This document shows, one piece after another, positions 13,501 through 26,498 of a stretch of DNA of 64,000 nt. The translations under genes were made by a program, and so were the position numbers. Numbering within the stretch: the first letter of the stretch is position 1; every line of letters starts with the position of its first letter. The stretch is from Eledone cirrhosa (taxonomy: Eukaryota). The notes beneath the pieces were generated by a model. The model ran no database searches, was not told the DNA's origin, and saw only the letters and a list, made by a program, of their open reading frames with translations. The stretch lies in assembly GCA_964016885.1 (NCBI GenBank), contig OZ024764.1, forward strand, positions 2,914,001 through 2,978,000, given 5' to 3'.

Positions 13501-14223
13501 ATCCAGAGATTCTTACCTGAGACATTCTAACCACATGTCTGTAGTATCAGAGCTGTGGTCTCTCAATTCAGAGATTCTTTCCTGAGACATTCTAACCACA
13601 TGTCTGTAGTATCAGAGCTGTGATCTCTCAATTCAGAGATTCTTTCCTCAGACATTCTAACCACATGTCTGTAGTATCAGAGCTGTGATCTCTCAATTCA
13701 GAGATTCTTTCCTGAGACATTCTAACCACATGTCTGTAGTATCAGAGCTGTGATCTCTCAATTCAGAGATTCTTTCCTCAGACATTCTAACCACATGTCT
13801 GTAGTATCAGAACTGTGATCTCTCAATTCAGAGATTCTTTCCTCAGACATTCTAACCACATGTCTGTAGTATCAGAGCTGTGATCTCTCAATTCAGAGAT
13901 TCTTTCCTGAGACATTCTAACCGCATGTCTGTAGTATCAGAGCTGTGATCTCTCAATTCAGAGATTCGTTCCTCAGACATTCTAACCACATGTCTGTAGT
14001 ATCAGAGCTGTGATCTCTCAATTCAGAGATTCGTTCCTCAGACATTCTAACCACATGTCTGTAGTATCAGAGCTGTGATCTCTCAATTCAGAGATTCTTT
14101 CCTGAGACATTCTAACCACATGTCTGTAGTATCAGAGCTGTGATCTCTCAATTCAGAGATTCTTTCCTCAGACATTCTAACCACATGTCTGTAGTATCAG
14201 AGCTGTGATCTCACAATTCAGAG
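10549..14223. repeat. 65-bp minisatellite, about 56 copies (right part of array 1)
   Basis: Same unit, resuming in register after the LINE tail. Confidence 0.95.
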
Positions 14224-14458
14224 AAGTAGCAACTCTACTTGAAGTGGCTCTCTGATCTATGCACTTTATCGAGTAATGTTACTGCAAAGACGCTCTGGCG
14301 TAACCCAATTTCAGCCGCTTGTATTCGTGGTTGTATTCTTTCTGTCATTACCGAAGATTCATGGCCATAGGTAAGGGTTGGTATGAAAACCGAAGAAGAA
14401 GCCCTCCTCCACCAGCCTATTTTATTTGTTTTCTAATTTTATTCCTGTCTACTTTCAG

Positions 14459-14606
14459 GACTGCTGCTGATTATTACGATGTTGTGAGCACCCCTATTGA
14501 TCTCTTAAAGATTCAACAGAAACTGAAAACCGATGAATATGATGAACTGGAACAGTTTGCTGCAGATATTGAACTGATGGTGAGCAACACCAAGGCTTAC
14601 TACAGA
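14459..14606 (+). CDS. PBRM1: Polybromo-1 (BAF180) internal exon, bromodomain 1
   Basis: Polypyrimidine tract and TTTCAG acceptor (AG 14457-14458), GTAAGT donor at 14607. Translates (R)TAADYYDVVSTPIDLLKIQQKLKTDEYDELEQFAADIELMVSNTKAYYR, matching the PBRM1 BD1 pattern DYYEVVSQPIDLMKIQQKLK as I recall it. Confidence 0.93.
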
Positions 14607-16370
14607 GTAAGTAGTGTATTTCCATCTCTCTGGTGTTACAGAGGATTAACTGTTGTTTAGCCCTAGGTCAACAACACTGATCCTTACTATAGAGTATGTA
14701 CTCTCTCTCTGGTATTACAGAGGATTAACTGTTGTTTAACCCTAGGTCAACAACACAGCTTTACTATAGAGTATGTAGTCTCTCTCTCTCTGGTATTACA
14801 GAGGATTAACTGTTGTTTAACCCTAGGTCAACAACACAGCTTTACTATAGAGTATGTAGTCTCTCTCTCTGGTATTACAGAGGATTAACTGTTGTTTAAC
14901 CCTAGGCCAACAACACTGAGCCTTACTATAGAGTATGTAGTCTCTCTGGTATTACAGAGGATTAACTGTTGTTTAGCCCTAGGCCAACAATACTGAGCCT
15001 TACTATAGAGTATATAGTCTCTCTCTCTGGTATTACAGAGGATTAACTGTTGTTTAACCCTAGGTCAACAACACTGAGCCTTACTGTAGAGTATGTAGTC
15101 TCTCTCTCTGGTATTACAGAGGATTAACTGTTGTTTAGCCCTAGGTCAACAACACTGATCCTTACTATAGAGTATGTACTCTCTCTCTGGTGTTACAGAG
15201 GATTAACTGTTGTTTAACCCTAGGTCAACAACACAGCTTTACTATAGAGTATGTAGTCTCTCTCTCTGGTATTACAGAGGATTAACTGTTGTTTAGCCCT
15301 AGGTCAACAATACTGAGCCTTACTATAGAGTATGTAGTCTCTCTGGTATTACAGAGGATTAACTGTTGTTTAACCCTAGGCCAATAACACTGAGCCTTAC
15401 TATAGAGTATATAGTCTCTCTCTCTGGTATTACAGAGGATTAACTGTTGTTTAGCCCTAGGTCAACAATACTGAGCCTTACTATAGAGTATGTAGTCTCT
15501 TTCTGGTATTACAGAGGATTAACTGTTTAGCCCTAGGCCAACAATACTGAGCCTTACTATAGAGTATATAGTCTCTCTCTCTGGTATTACAGAGGATTAA
15601 CTGTTGTTTAGCCCTAGGTCAACAATACTGAGCTTAACTATAGAGTATATAGTCTCTCTCTCTGGTGTTACAGAGGATTAACTGTTGTTTAACCCTAGGT
15701 CAACAATAATAAGCCTTACTATAGAGCAGGCATGTCTAACTGAGGGTCCCCCATGTGTTGTCTGATGGCCACACATAACAACTATTTTTTCAAATTGTAT
15801 ATTAGAAAGTTAAAACATGCTCGCGCTGTAAAAACCTTCGTGTGGGATGCAGGTGTGCCTGTAAAGGGCCACATGTTTGATATGCCTGTTCTAGAGTATG
15901 TAGTATCTCTCTCACTCTCTGGTAATACAGAGGGCTGGAGAGTTAACTTGTTTAACCCTAGGTCAACAGACAGCCTTACTATAGAGTAACTAGTGTCTAT
16001 CTCTCCTTCATCTCCCTCTGTCTTTGGTAATACAGAGGGCTGGAGGGTTAACTGTTGTTTAACCCTAGGTCAACAGACAGCCTTACTATAGAGTAACTAG
16101 TGTCTATCTCTCCCTCATCTCCCTCTGTCTTTGGTAATACAGAGGGTTGGAGGGTTAACTGTTGTTTAACCCTAGGTCAACAGACAGCCTTACTATAGAG
16201 TAACTAGTGTCTCTCTCTCCCTCATCTCCCTCTGTCCTTGGTAATACAGAGGGCAGGAGGGTTAACTGTTGTTATGTTGTTATTTAGCCCTGAGTCAACA
16301 ATACTGAGCCTTATTAAAGAGTCTCTCTTTGATATTACAGAGGGCTGGAGGGTTAACTTGTTGGTGTTTA
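14585..16370 (+). repeat. ~80-bp tandem repeat (about 14 copies, then diverged ~107-bp copies) whose unit spans the exon donor junction
   Basis: Exon end CAACACCAAGGCTTACTACAGA|GTAAGT is echoed as CAACACTGAGCCTTACTATAGA|GTATGT in the units. Confidence 0.88.
15727..15888. mobile_element. hAT-like MITE inserted in the donor-spanning repeat
   Basis: CAGGCATGTC...GATATGCCTG termini, imperfect 8-bp TSD CTATAGAG/TTCTAGAG, homologous to 30627-30828. Confidence 0.8.
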
Positions 16371-16384
16371 GTCCTACTGAGTGT

Positions 16385-16647
16385 ATGTTTGAGACCGTGT
16401 GTAAGGGAAGGCAGGTCTTCTGTATAGAGCCAAAGATCTCGAACCTGTGTCATTATCTTTGAGAGGTGCAAGTGTGCAAGGTCAGCCTTTATCACCTTGT
16501 CCCAGGACTTTCTGGGACTTCTTACTCCATAGCTTCCATATATTTTGATCACCCTGAACCATATATGCATCACATGACTATACTAACCCAATCTCCTCCC
16601 TAGTAAACTGTGGCTGACTCCTCTTTAGCCATACCTATCACATGACC
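16385..16647 (-). mobile_element. RTE-like LINE family C 3' fragment
   Basis: Minus strand SLLGRRLG*YSHVMHIW...PRKSWDKVIKADL. A related piece lies at ~2153-2265 (+). Confidence 0.7.
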
Positions 16648-18240
16648 ATCATCATCATCGTTTAACGTCCATCTTCCACGCTAGTATGGGTTAGACGGTT
16701 TTGTTCCATTTGATGCATGAATGGTCAGGAGACCGTGTCTTGCTCGTACGGAAGTGTCTCTGGCAGGTTTTTTACAGCTGGATGCCCTTCCGAACACCAA
16801 CTACATTTACCATGTGGACTGGGAGTCTTTTTACCGTGTCTCCTACATGACCACCTTACAGTGTGGACTGGGAGCCTTTTTACCATGTCTCCTACATGAC
16901 CACCTTACAGTGTGGACTGGGAGCCTTTTTACCATGTCTCCTACATGACCACCTTACAGTGTGGACTGGGAGCCTTTTTACCATGTCTCCTACATGACCA
17001 CTTTACAGTGTGGACTGGGAGCCTTTTTACCATGTCTCCTACATAACCTCTTTACATTGTGGACCGGGAGCCTTTTTACTGTGTCTCCTACATGACCACC
17101 TTACAGTGTGGACTGGGAGCCTTTTTACTGTGTCTCCTACATGACCACTTTACAGTGTGGACTGGGAGCCTTTTTACTGTGTTACCTACATGACCACTTT
17201 ACAGTGTGGACTGGGAGCCTTTTTACTGTGTTACCTACATGACCACTTTACAGTGTGGACTGGGAGCCTTTTTACCGTGTTACCTACACGACTACATTAC
17301 AGCGTGGACTGGGAGCCTTTTTACTGTGTCTCCTACATGACCACTTTACAGTGTGGACTAGGAGCCTTTTTACTGTGTTACCTACACGACTACATTACAG
17401 TGTGGACTGGGAGCTTTTTTACTGTGTCTCCTACATGACCACTTTACAGTGTGGACTGGGAGCCTTTTTACTGTGTTACCTACATGACCACTTTACAGTG
17501 TGGACTGGGAGCCTTTTTACTGTGTTACCTACATGACCACTTTACAGTGTGGACTGGGAGCCTTTTTACCATGTCTCCTACATGACCACTTTACAGTGTG
17601 GACTGGGAGCCTTTTTACCATGTCTCCTACATGACCACTTTACAGTGTGGACTGGGAGCCTTTTACTGTGTCTCCTACATAACCTCTTTATAGTGTGGAC
17701 TGGGAGCCTTTTTACTGTGTCTCCTACATGACTACCTTACAGTGTGGACTGGGAGCCGAGCCTTTTTACTGTCTCCTACATAACCTCTTTACAGTGTGGA
17801 CTGGGAGCCTTTTTACTGTGTCTCCTACATAACCACTTTACAGTGTGGACTGGGAGCCTTTTTACCATGTCTCCTACATGACCACTTTACAGTGTGGACT
17901 TGGAGCCTTTTTACCATGTCTCCTACATGACCACTTTACAGTGTGGACTGGGAGCCTTTTTACTGTGTCTCCTACATGACCACTTTACAGTGTGGACTGG
18001 GAGTCTTTTTACTGTGTCCTCTACATGACCACTCTACAGTGTGGACTGGGGGCCTTTTTACTGTGTCTCCTACATGACTATTTTACAGTGTGGACTGGGA
18101 GCCTTTTTACTGTGTCCCCTACATGGCCACTTTACAGTGTGGACTGGGATCCTTTTTACCGTGTCTTCTACACAACCACTTTACAGTGTGGACTGTTGTG
18201 TCATCGACATAGTGGACGGAACGGAACAGAAATGGGAGGA
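16648..18240 (-). mobile_element. SINE-like element containing a 49-bp array
   Basis: (CAT)n tail, flanked on both sides by ATGACCAT (16642-16649 and 18240-18247). Confidence 0.75.
16806..18195. repeat. ~49-bp minisatellite, about 28 copies
   Basis: Unit TTTACAGTGTGGACTGGGAGCCTTTTTACTGTGTCTCCTACATGACCAC. Confidence 0.93.
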
Positions 18241-18241
18241 T

Positions 18242-21200
18242 GACCATGCCAATGTAATCTCCTCCCTAGTAAACTGTCTGACCCCTATTATACCATACCA
18301 ATGTAATCTCCCTAGTAAACTGTCTGACCCCTATTATACCATACCAATGTAATCTCCCTAGTAAACTGTCTGACCCCTATTATACCATACCAATGTAATC
18401 TCCTCCCTAGTAAACTGTCTGACCCCCTATTATACCATACCAATGTAATCTCTTCCCTAGTAAACTGTCTGACCCCTATTATATCATACCTATGTAATCT
18501 CCTCCCTAGTAAACTGTCTGACCCTCTATTATACCATACCTATGTAATCTCCTCCCTAGTAAACTGTCTCACCCTCTATTATACTATACCTATGTAATCT
18601 CCTCCCTAGTAAACTGTCTGACCCCTATTATACCATACCAATGTAATCTCCTCCCTAGTAAACTGTCTGACCCCCTATTATACCATACCAATGTAATCTC
18701 TTCCCTAGTAAACTGTCTGACCCCTATTATATCATACCTATGTAATCTCCTCCCTAGTAAACTGTCTGACCCTCTATTATACCATACCTATGTAATCTCC
18801 CTAGTAAACTGTCTGACCTCTATTATACCATACCTATGTAATCTCCTCCCTAGTAAACTGTCTGACCCCCTATTATACCATACCTATGTAATCTCCTCCC
18901 TAGTAAACTGTCTGACCCCCTATTATACCATACCAATGTAATCTCCCTAGTAAACTGTCTGACCCCTATTATACCATACCAATGTAATCTCCTCCCTAGT
19001 AAACTGTCTGACCCCCTATTATACCATACCAATGTAATCTCCTCCCTAGTAAACTGTCTGACCCTCTATTATACCATACCTATGTAATCTCCTCCCTAGT
19101 AAACTGTCTGACCCCCTATTATACCATACCTATGTAATCTCCTCCCTAGTAAACTGTCTGACCCCCTATTATACCATACCTATGTAATCTCCTCCCTAGT
19201 AAACTGTCTGACCTCTATTATACCATACCTATGTAATCTCCTCCCTAGTAAACTGTCTGACCCCCTATTATACCATACCTATGTAATCTCCTCCCTAGTA
19301 AACTGTATGACCCCTATTATACCATACCAATGTAATCTCCTCCCTAGTAAACTGTCTGACCCCTATTATACCATACCTATGTAATCTCCTCCCTGGTAAA
19401 CTGTCTGACCCCTATTATACCATACCTATGTAATCTCCTCCCTAGTAAACTGTCTGACCCCCTATTATACCATACCTATGTAATCTCCTCCCTAGTAAAC
19501 TGTCTGACCCCTATTATACCATACCTATGTAATCTCCTCCCTAGTAAACTGTCTGACCTCTATTATACCATACCTATGTAATCTCCTCCCTAGTAAACTG
19601 TCTGACCCCCTATTATACCATACCTATGTAATCTCCCTAGTAAACTGTCTGACCCTCTATTATACCATACCTATGTAATCTCCTCCTTAGTAAACTGTCT
19701 GACCCCTAGTAAACTGTCTCACCCTCTATTATACCATACCTATGTAATCTCCTCCCTAGTAAACTGTCTGACCCCTATTATACCATACCTATGTAATCTC
19801 CTCCCTAGTAAACTGTCTGACCCCCTATTATACCATACCTATGTAATCTCCTCCCTAGTAAACTGTCTGACCCTCTATTATACCATACCTATGTAATCTC
19901 CTCCCTAGTAAACTGTCTGACCCCCTATTATACCAAACCTATGTAATCTCCTCCCTAGTAAACTGTCTGACCTCTATTATACCATACCTATGTAATCTCC
20001 TCCCTAGTAAACTGTCTGACCTCTATTATACCATACCTATGTAATCCCCTCCCTAGTAAACTGTCTGACCTCTATTATACCATACCTATGTAATCTCCTC
20101 CCTAGTAAACTGCCTGACCCCTAGTAGACTGTCTGACCCCTATTATACCATACCAATGTAATCTCCTCCCTAGTAAACTGTCTGACCTCTATTATACCAT
20201 ACCTATCTAATCTCCTCCCTAGTAAACTGTCTGACCACTATTATACCATACCTATGTAATCCCCTCCCTAGTAAACTGTCTGACCCCCTATTATACCATA
20301 CCTATGTAATCTCCTCCCTAGTAAACTGTCTGACCCCCTATTATACCATACCTATGTAATCTCCTCCCTAGTAAACTGTCTGACCCTCTATTATACCAAA
20401 CCTATGTAATCTCCTCCCTAGTAAACTGTCTGACCCCCTATTATACCATACCTATGTAATCTCCTCCCTAGTAAACTGTCTGACCCCCTATTATACCATA
20501 CCTATGTAATCTCCTCCCTAGTAAACTGTCTGACCCCTAGTAAACTGTCTGACCCTCTATTATACCAAACCTATGTAATCTCCTCCCTAGTAAACTGTCT
20601 GACCCCTAGTAAACTGTCTGACCCCCTATTATACCATACCTATGTAATCTCCTCCCTAGTAAACTGTCTGACCCCCTATTATACCATACCAATGTAATCT
20701 CCTCCCTAGTAAACTGTCTGACCCCTAGTAAACTGTCTGACCCTCTATTATACCAAACCCATGTAATCTCCTCCCTAGTAAACTGTCTGACCCCTAGTAA
20801 ACTGTCTGACCCCCTATTATACCATACCTATGTAATCTCCTCCCTAGTAAACTGTCTGACCCCTAGTAAACTGTCTGACCCCCTATTATACCATACCTAT
20901 GTAATCTCCTCCCTAGTAAACTGTCTGACCCCTAGTAAACTGTCTGACCCCCTATTATACCATACCTATGTAATCTCCTCCCTAGTAAACTGTCTGACCC
21001 CTAGTAAACTGTCTGACCCCCTATTATACCATACCTATGTAATCTCCTCCCTAGTAAACTGTCTGACCCCCTATTATACCATACCTATGTAATCTCCTCC
21101 CTAGTAAACTGTCTGACCCCTAGTAAACTGTCTGACCCTCTATTATACCAAACCTATGTAATCTCCTCCCTAGTAAACTGTCTGACCCCTAGTAAACTGT

Positions 21201-24200
21201 CTGACCCCCTATTATACCATACCTATGTAATCTCCTCCCTAGTAAACTGTCTGACCCCCTATTATACCATACCTATGTAATCTCCTCCCTAGTAAACTGT
21301 CTGACTCCCTATTATACCATACCTATGTAATCTCCTCCCTAGTAAACTGTCTGACCCCCTATTATACCATACCTATGTAATCTCCTCCCTAGTAAACTGT
21401 CTGACCCCCTATTATACCATACCTATGTAATCTCCTCCCTAGTAAACTGTCTGACCCCCTATTATACCATACCTATGTAATCTCCCCCCTAGTAAACTGT
21501 CTGACCCCCTATTATACCATACCTATGTAATCTCCTCCCTAGTAAACTGTCTGACCCTCTATTATACCAAACCTATGTAATCTCCTCCCTAGTAAACTGT
21601 CTGACCCCTAGTAAACTGTCTGACCCCCTATTATACCATACCTATGTAATCTCCTCCCTAGTAAACTGTCTGACCCCCTATTATACCATACCTATGTAAT
21701 CTCCTCCCTAGTAAACTGTCTGACCCCTAGTAAACTGTCTGACCCTCTATTATACCAAACCTATGTAATCTCCTCCCTAGTAAACTGTCTGACCCCTAGT
21801 AAACTGTCTGACCCCCTATTATACCATACCTATGTAATCTCCTCCCTAGTAAACTGTCTGACCCCTAGTAAACTGTCTGACCCCCTATTATACCATACCT
21901 ATGTAATCTCCTCCCTAGTAAACTGTCTGACCCCTAGTAAACTGTCTGGCCCCCTATTATACCATACCTATGTAATCTCCTCCCTAGTAAACTGTCTGAC
22001 CCCCTATTATACCATACCTATGTAATCTCCTCCCTAGTAAACTGTCTGACCCCTAGTAAACTGTCTGACCCCCTATTATACCATACCTATGTAATCTCCT
22101 CCCTAGTAAACTGTCTGACCCCCTATTATACCATACCTATGTAATCTCCTCCCTAGTAAACTGTCTGACCCCTAGTAAACTGTCTGACCCTCTATTATAC
22201 CAAACCTATGTAATCTCCTCCCTAGTAAACTGTCTGACCCCTAGTAAACTGTCTGACCCCCTATTATACCATACCTATGTAATCTCCTCCCTAGTAAACT
22301 GTCTGACCCCTAGTAAACTGTCTGACCCCCTATTATACCATACCTATGTAATCTCCTCCCTAGTAAACTGTCTGACCCCTAGTAAACTGTCTGACCCCCT
22401 ATTATACCATACCTATGTAATCTCCTCCCTAGTAAACTGTCTGACCCCTAGTAAACTGTCTGACCCCCTATTATACCATACCTATGTAATCTCCTCCCTA
22501 GTAAACTGTCTGACCCCTAGTAAACTGTCTGGCCCCCTATTATACCATACCTATGTAATCTCCTCCCTAGTAAACTGTCTGACCCCCTATTATACCATAC
22601 CTATGTAATCTCCTCCCTAGTAAACTGTCTGACCCCTAGTAAACTGTCTGACCCCCTATTATACCATACCTATGTAATCTCCTCCCTAGTAAACTGTCTG
22701 ACCCCCTATTATACCATACCTATGTAATCTCCTCCCTAGTAAACTGTCTGACCCCTAGTAAACTGTCTGACCCTCTATTATACCAAACCTATGTAATCTC
22801 CTCCCTAGTAAACTGTCTGACCCCTAGTAAACTGTCTGACCCCCTATTATACCATACCTATGTAATCTCCTCCCTAGTAAACTGTCTGACCCCTAGTAAA
22901 CTGTCTGGCCCCCTATTATACCATACCTATGTAATCTCCTCCCTAGTAAACTGTCTGACCCTCTATTATACCAAACCTATGTAATCTCCTCCCTAGTAAA
23001 CTGTCTGACCCCTAGTAAACTGTCTGACCCCCTATTATACCATACCTATGTAATCTCCTCCCTAGTAAACTGTCTGACCCCCTATTATACCATACCTATG
23101 TAATCTCCTCCCTAGTAAACTGTCTGACTCCCTATTATACCATACCTATGTAATCTCCTCCCTAGTAAACTGTCTGACCCCCTATTATACCATACCTATG
23201 TAATCTCCCCCCTAGTAAACTGTCTGACCCCCTATTATACCATACCTATGTAATCTCCTCCCTAGTAAACTGTCTGACCCCTAGTAAACTGTCTGACCCC
23301 CTCTTATACCATACCTATGTAATCTCCTCCCTAGTAAACTGTCTGACCCCCTATTATACCATACCTATGTAATCTCCTCCCTAGTAAACTGTCTGACCCC
23401 CTATTATACCATACCTATGTAATCTCCTCCCTAGTAAACTGTCTGACCCCCTATTATACCATACCTATGTAATCTCCCCCCTAGTAAACTGTCTGACCCC
23501 CTATTATACCATACCTATGTAATCTCCTCCCTAGTAAACTGTCTGACCCTCTATTATACCATACCTATGTAATCTCCTCCCTAGTAAACTGTCTGACCCT
23601 CTATTATACCATACCTATGTAATCTCCTCCCTAGTAAACTGTCTGACCCCTAGTAAACTGTCTGACCCCCTCTTATACCATACCAATGTAATCTCCTCCC
23701 TAGTAAACTGTCTGACCCCTAGTAAACTGTCTGACCCCCTATTATACCATACCTATGTAATCTCCTCCCTAGTAAACTGTCTGACCCCCTATTATACCAT
23801 ACCTATGTAATCTCCTCCCTAGTAAACTGTCTGACCCTCTATTATACCATACCTATGTAATCTCCTCCCTAGTAAACTGTCTGACCCCCTCTTATACCAT
23901 ACCAATGTAATCTCCTCCCTAGTAAACTGTCTGACCCCTAGTAAACTGTCTGACCCCCTATTATACCATACCTATGTAATCTCCTCCCTAGTAAACTGTC
24001 TGACCCCCTATTATACCATACCTATGTAATCTCCTCCCTAGTAAACTGTCTGACCCCCTATTATACCATACCTATGTAATCTCCCCCCTAGTAAACTGTC
24101 TGACCCCCTATTATACCATACCTATGTAATCTCCTCCCTAGTAAACTGTCTGACCCTCTATTATACCATACCTATGTAATCTCCTCCCTAGTAAACTGTC

Positions 24201-26432
24201 TGACCCTCTATTATACCATACCTATGTAATCTCCTCCCTAGTAAACTGTCTGACCCCTAGTAAACTGTCTGACCCCCTCTTATACCATACCTATGTAATC
24301 TCCTCCCTAGTAAACTGTCTGACCCCTAGTAAACTGTCTGACCCCCTATTATACCATACCTATGTAATCTCCTCCCTAGTAAACTGTCTGACCCCCTATT
24401 ATACCATACCTATGTAATCTCCTCCCTAGTAAACTGTCTGACCCCTAGTAAACTGTCTGACCCCCTATTATACCATACCTATGTAATCTCCTCCCTAGTA
24501 AACTGTCTGACCCCTAGTAAACTGTCTGACCCCCTATTATACCATACCTATGTAATCTCCTCCCTAGTAAACTGTCTGACCCCTAGTAAACTGTCTGGCC
24601 CCCTATTATACCATACCTATGTAATCTCCTCCCTAGTAAACTGTCTGACCCCCTATTATACCATACCTATGTAATCTCCTCCCTAGTAAACTGTCTGACC
24701 CCTAGTAAACTGTCTGACCCCCTATTATACCATACCTATGTAATCTCCTCCCTAGTAAACTGTCTGACCCCCTATTATACCATACCTATGTAATCTCCTC
24801 CCTAGTAAACTGTCTGACCCCTAGTAAACTGTCTGACCCTCTATTATACCAAACCTATGTAATCTCCTCCCTAGTAAACTGTCTGACCCCTAGTAAACTG
24901 TCTGACCCCCTATTATACCATACCTATGTAATCTCCTCCCTAGTAAACTGTCTGACCCCTAGTAAACTGTCTGGCCCCCTATTATACCATACCTATGTAA
25001 TCTCCTCCCTAGTAAACTGTCTGACCCTCTATTATACCAAACCTATGTAATCTCCTCCCTAGTAAACTGTCTGACCCCTAGTAAACTGTCTGACCCCCTA
25101 TTATACCATACCTATGTAATCTCCTCCCTAGTAAACTGTCTGACCCCCTATTATACCATACCTATGTAATCTCCTCCCTAGTAAACTGTCTGACTCCCTA
25201 TTATACCATACCTATGTAATCTCCTCCCTAGTAAACTGTCTGACCCCCTATTATACCATACCTATGTAATCTCCCCCCTAGTAAACTGTCTGACCCCCTA
25301 TTATACCATACCTATGTAATCTCCTCCCTAGTAAACTGTCTGACCCCTAGTAAACTGTCTGACCCCCTCTTATACCATACCTATGTAATCTCCTCCCTAG
25401 TAAACTGTCTGACCCCCTATTATACCATACCTATGTAATCTCCTCCCTAGTAAACTGTCTGACCCCCTATTATACCATACCTATGTAATCTCCTCCCTAG
25501 TAAACTGTCTGACCCCCTATTATACCATACCTATGTAATCTCCCCCCTAGTAAACTGTCTGACCCCCTATTATACCATACCTATGTAATCTCCTCCCTAG
25601 TAAACTGTCTGACCCTCTATTATACCATACCTATGTAATCTCCTCCCTAGTAAACTGTCTGACCCTCTATTATACCATACCTATGTAATCTCCTCCCTAG
25701 TAAACTGTCTGACCCCTAGTAAACTGTCTGACCCCCTCTTATACCATACCAATGTAATCTCCTCCCTAGTAAACTGTCTGACCCCTAGTAAACTGTCTGA
25801 CCCCCTATTATACCATACCTATGTAATCTCCTCCCTAGTAAACTGTCTGACCCCCTATTATACCATACCTATGTAATCTCCTCCCTAGTAAACTGTCTGA
25901 CCCTCTATTATACCATACCTATGTAATCTCCTCCCTAGTAAACTGTCTGACCCCTAGTAAACTGTCTGACCCCCTCTTATACCATACCAATGTAATCTCC
26001 TCCCTAGTAAACTGTCTGACCCCTAGTATACTGTCTGACCCCCTATTATACCATACCTATGTAATCTCCTCCCTAGTAAACTGTCTGACCCCCTATTATA
26101 CCATACCTATGTAATCTCCTCCCTAGTAAACTGTCTGACCCCCTATTATACCATACCTATGTAATCTCCCCCCTAGTAAACTGTCTGACCCCCTATTATA
26201 CCATACCTATGTAATCTCCTCCCTAGTAAACTGTCTGACCCTCTATTATACCATACCTATGTAATCTCCTCCCTAGTAAACTGTCTGACCCCTAGTAAAC
26301 TGTCTGACCCCCTCTTATACCATACCTATGTAATCTCCTCCCTAGTAAACTGTCTGACCCCTAGTAAACTGTCTGACCCCCTATTATACCATACCTATGT
26401 AATCTCCTCCCTAGTAAACTGTCTGACCCCCC
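18242..26432. repeat. 50-bp minisatellite with 69-bp variants (internal 19-bp duplication), ~8.2 kb
   Basis: Unit CTATTATACCATACCTATGTAATCTCCTCCCTAGTAAACTGTCTGACCCC. Minus strand reads SLLGRRLHWYG. Confidence 0.95.
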
Positions 26433-26498
26433 CGCCCGCTCCTCTGACCCCTAATTCCTCTCCCAGTACACTCACCCTTTCCTGCTCTCTATTTGCAG

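Larger units (their letters stand above)
5455..14390 (-). mobile_element. RTE-like LINE family B 3' fragment, inflated by a 65-bp array and a nested LINE
   Basis: Minus-strand flanks read PTLTYGHES...RIQAAE (right side) and G.RPRGRP..RWLDNIH plus a GAA-rich tail (left side). Confidence 0.8.
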
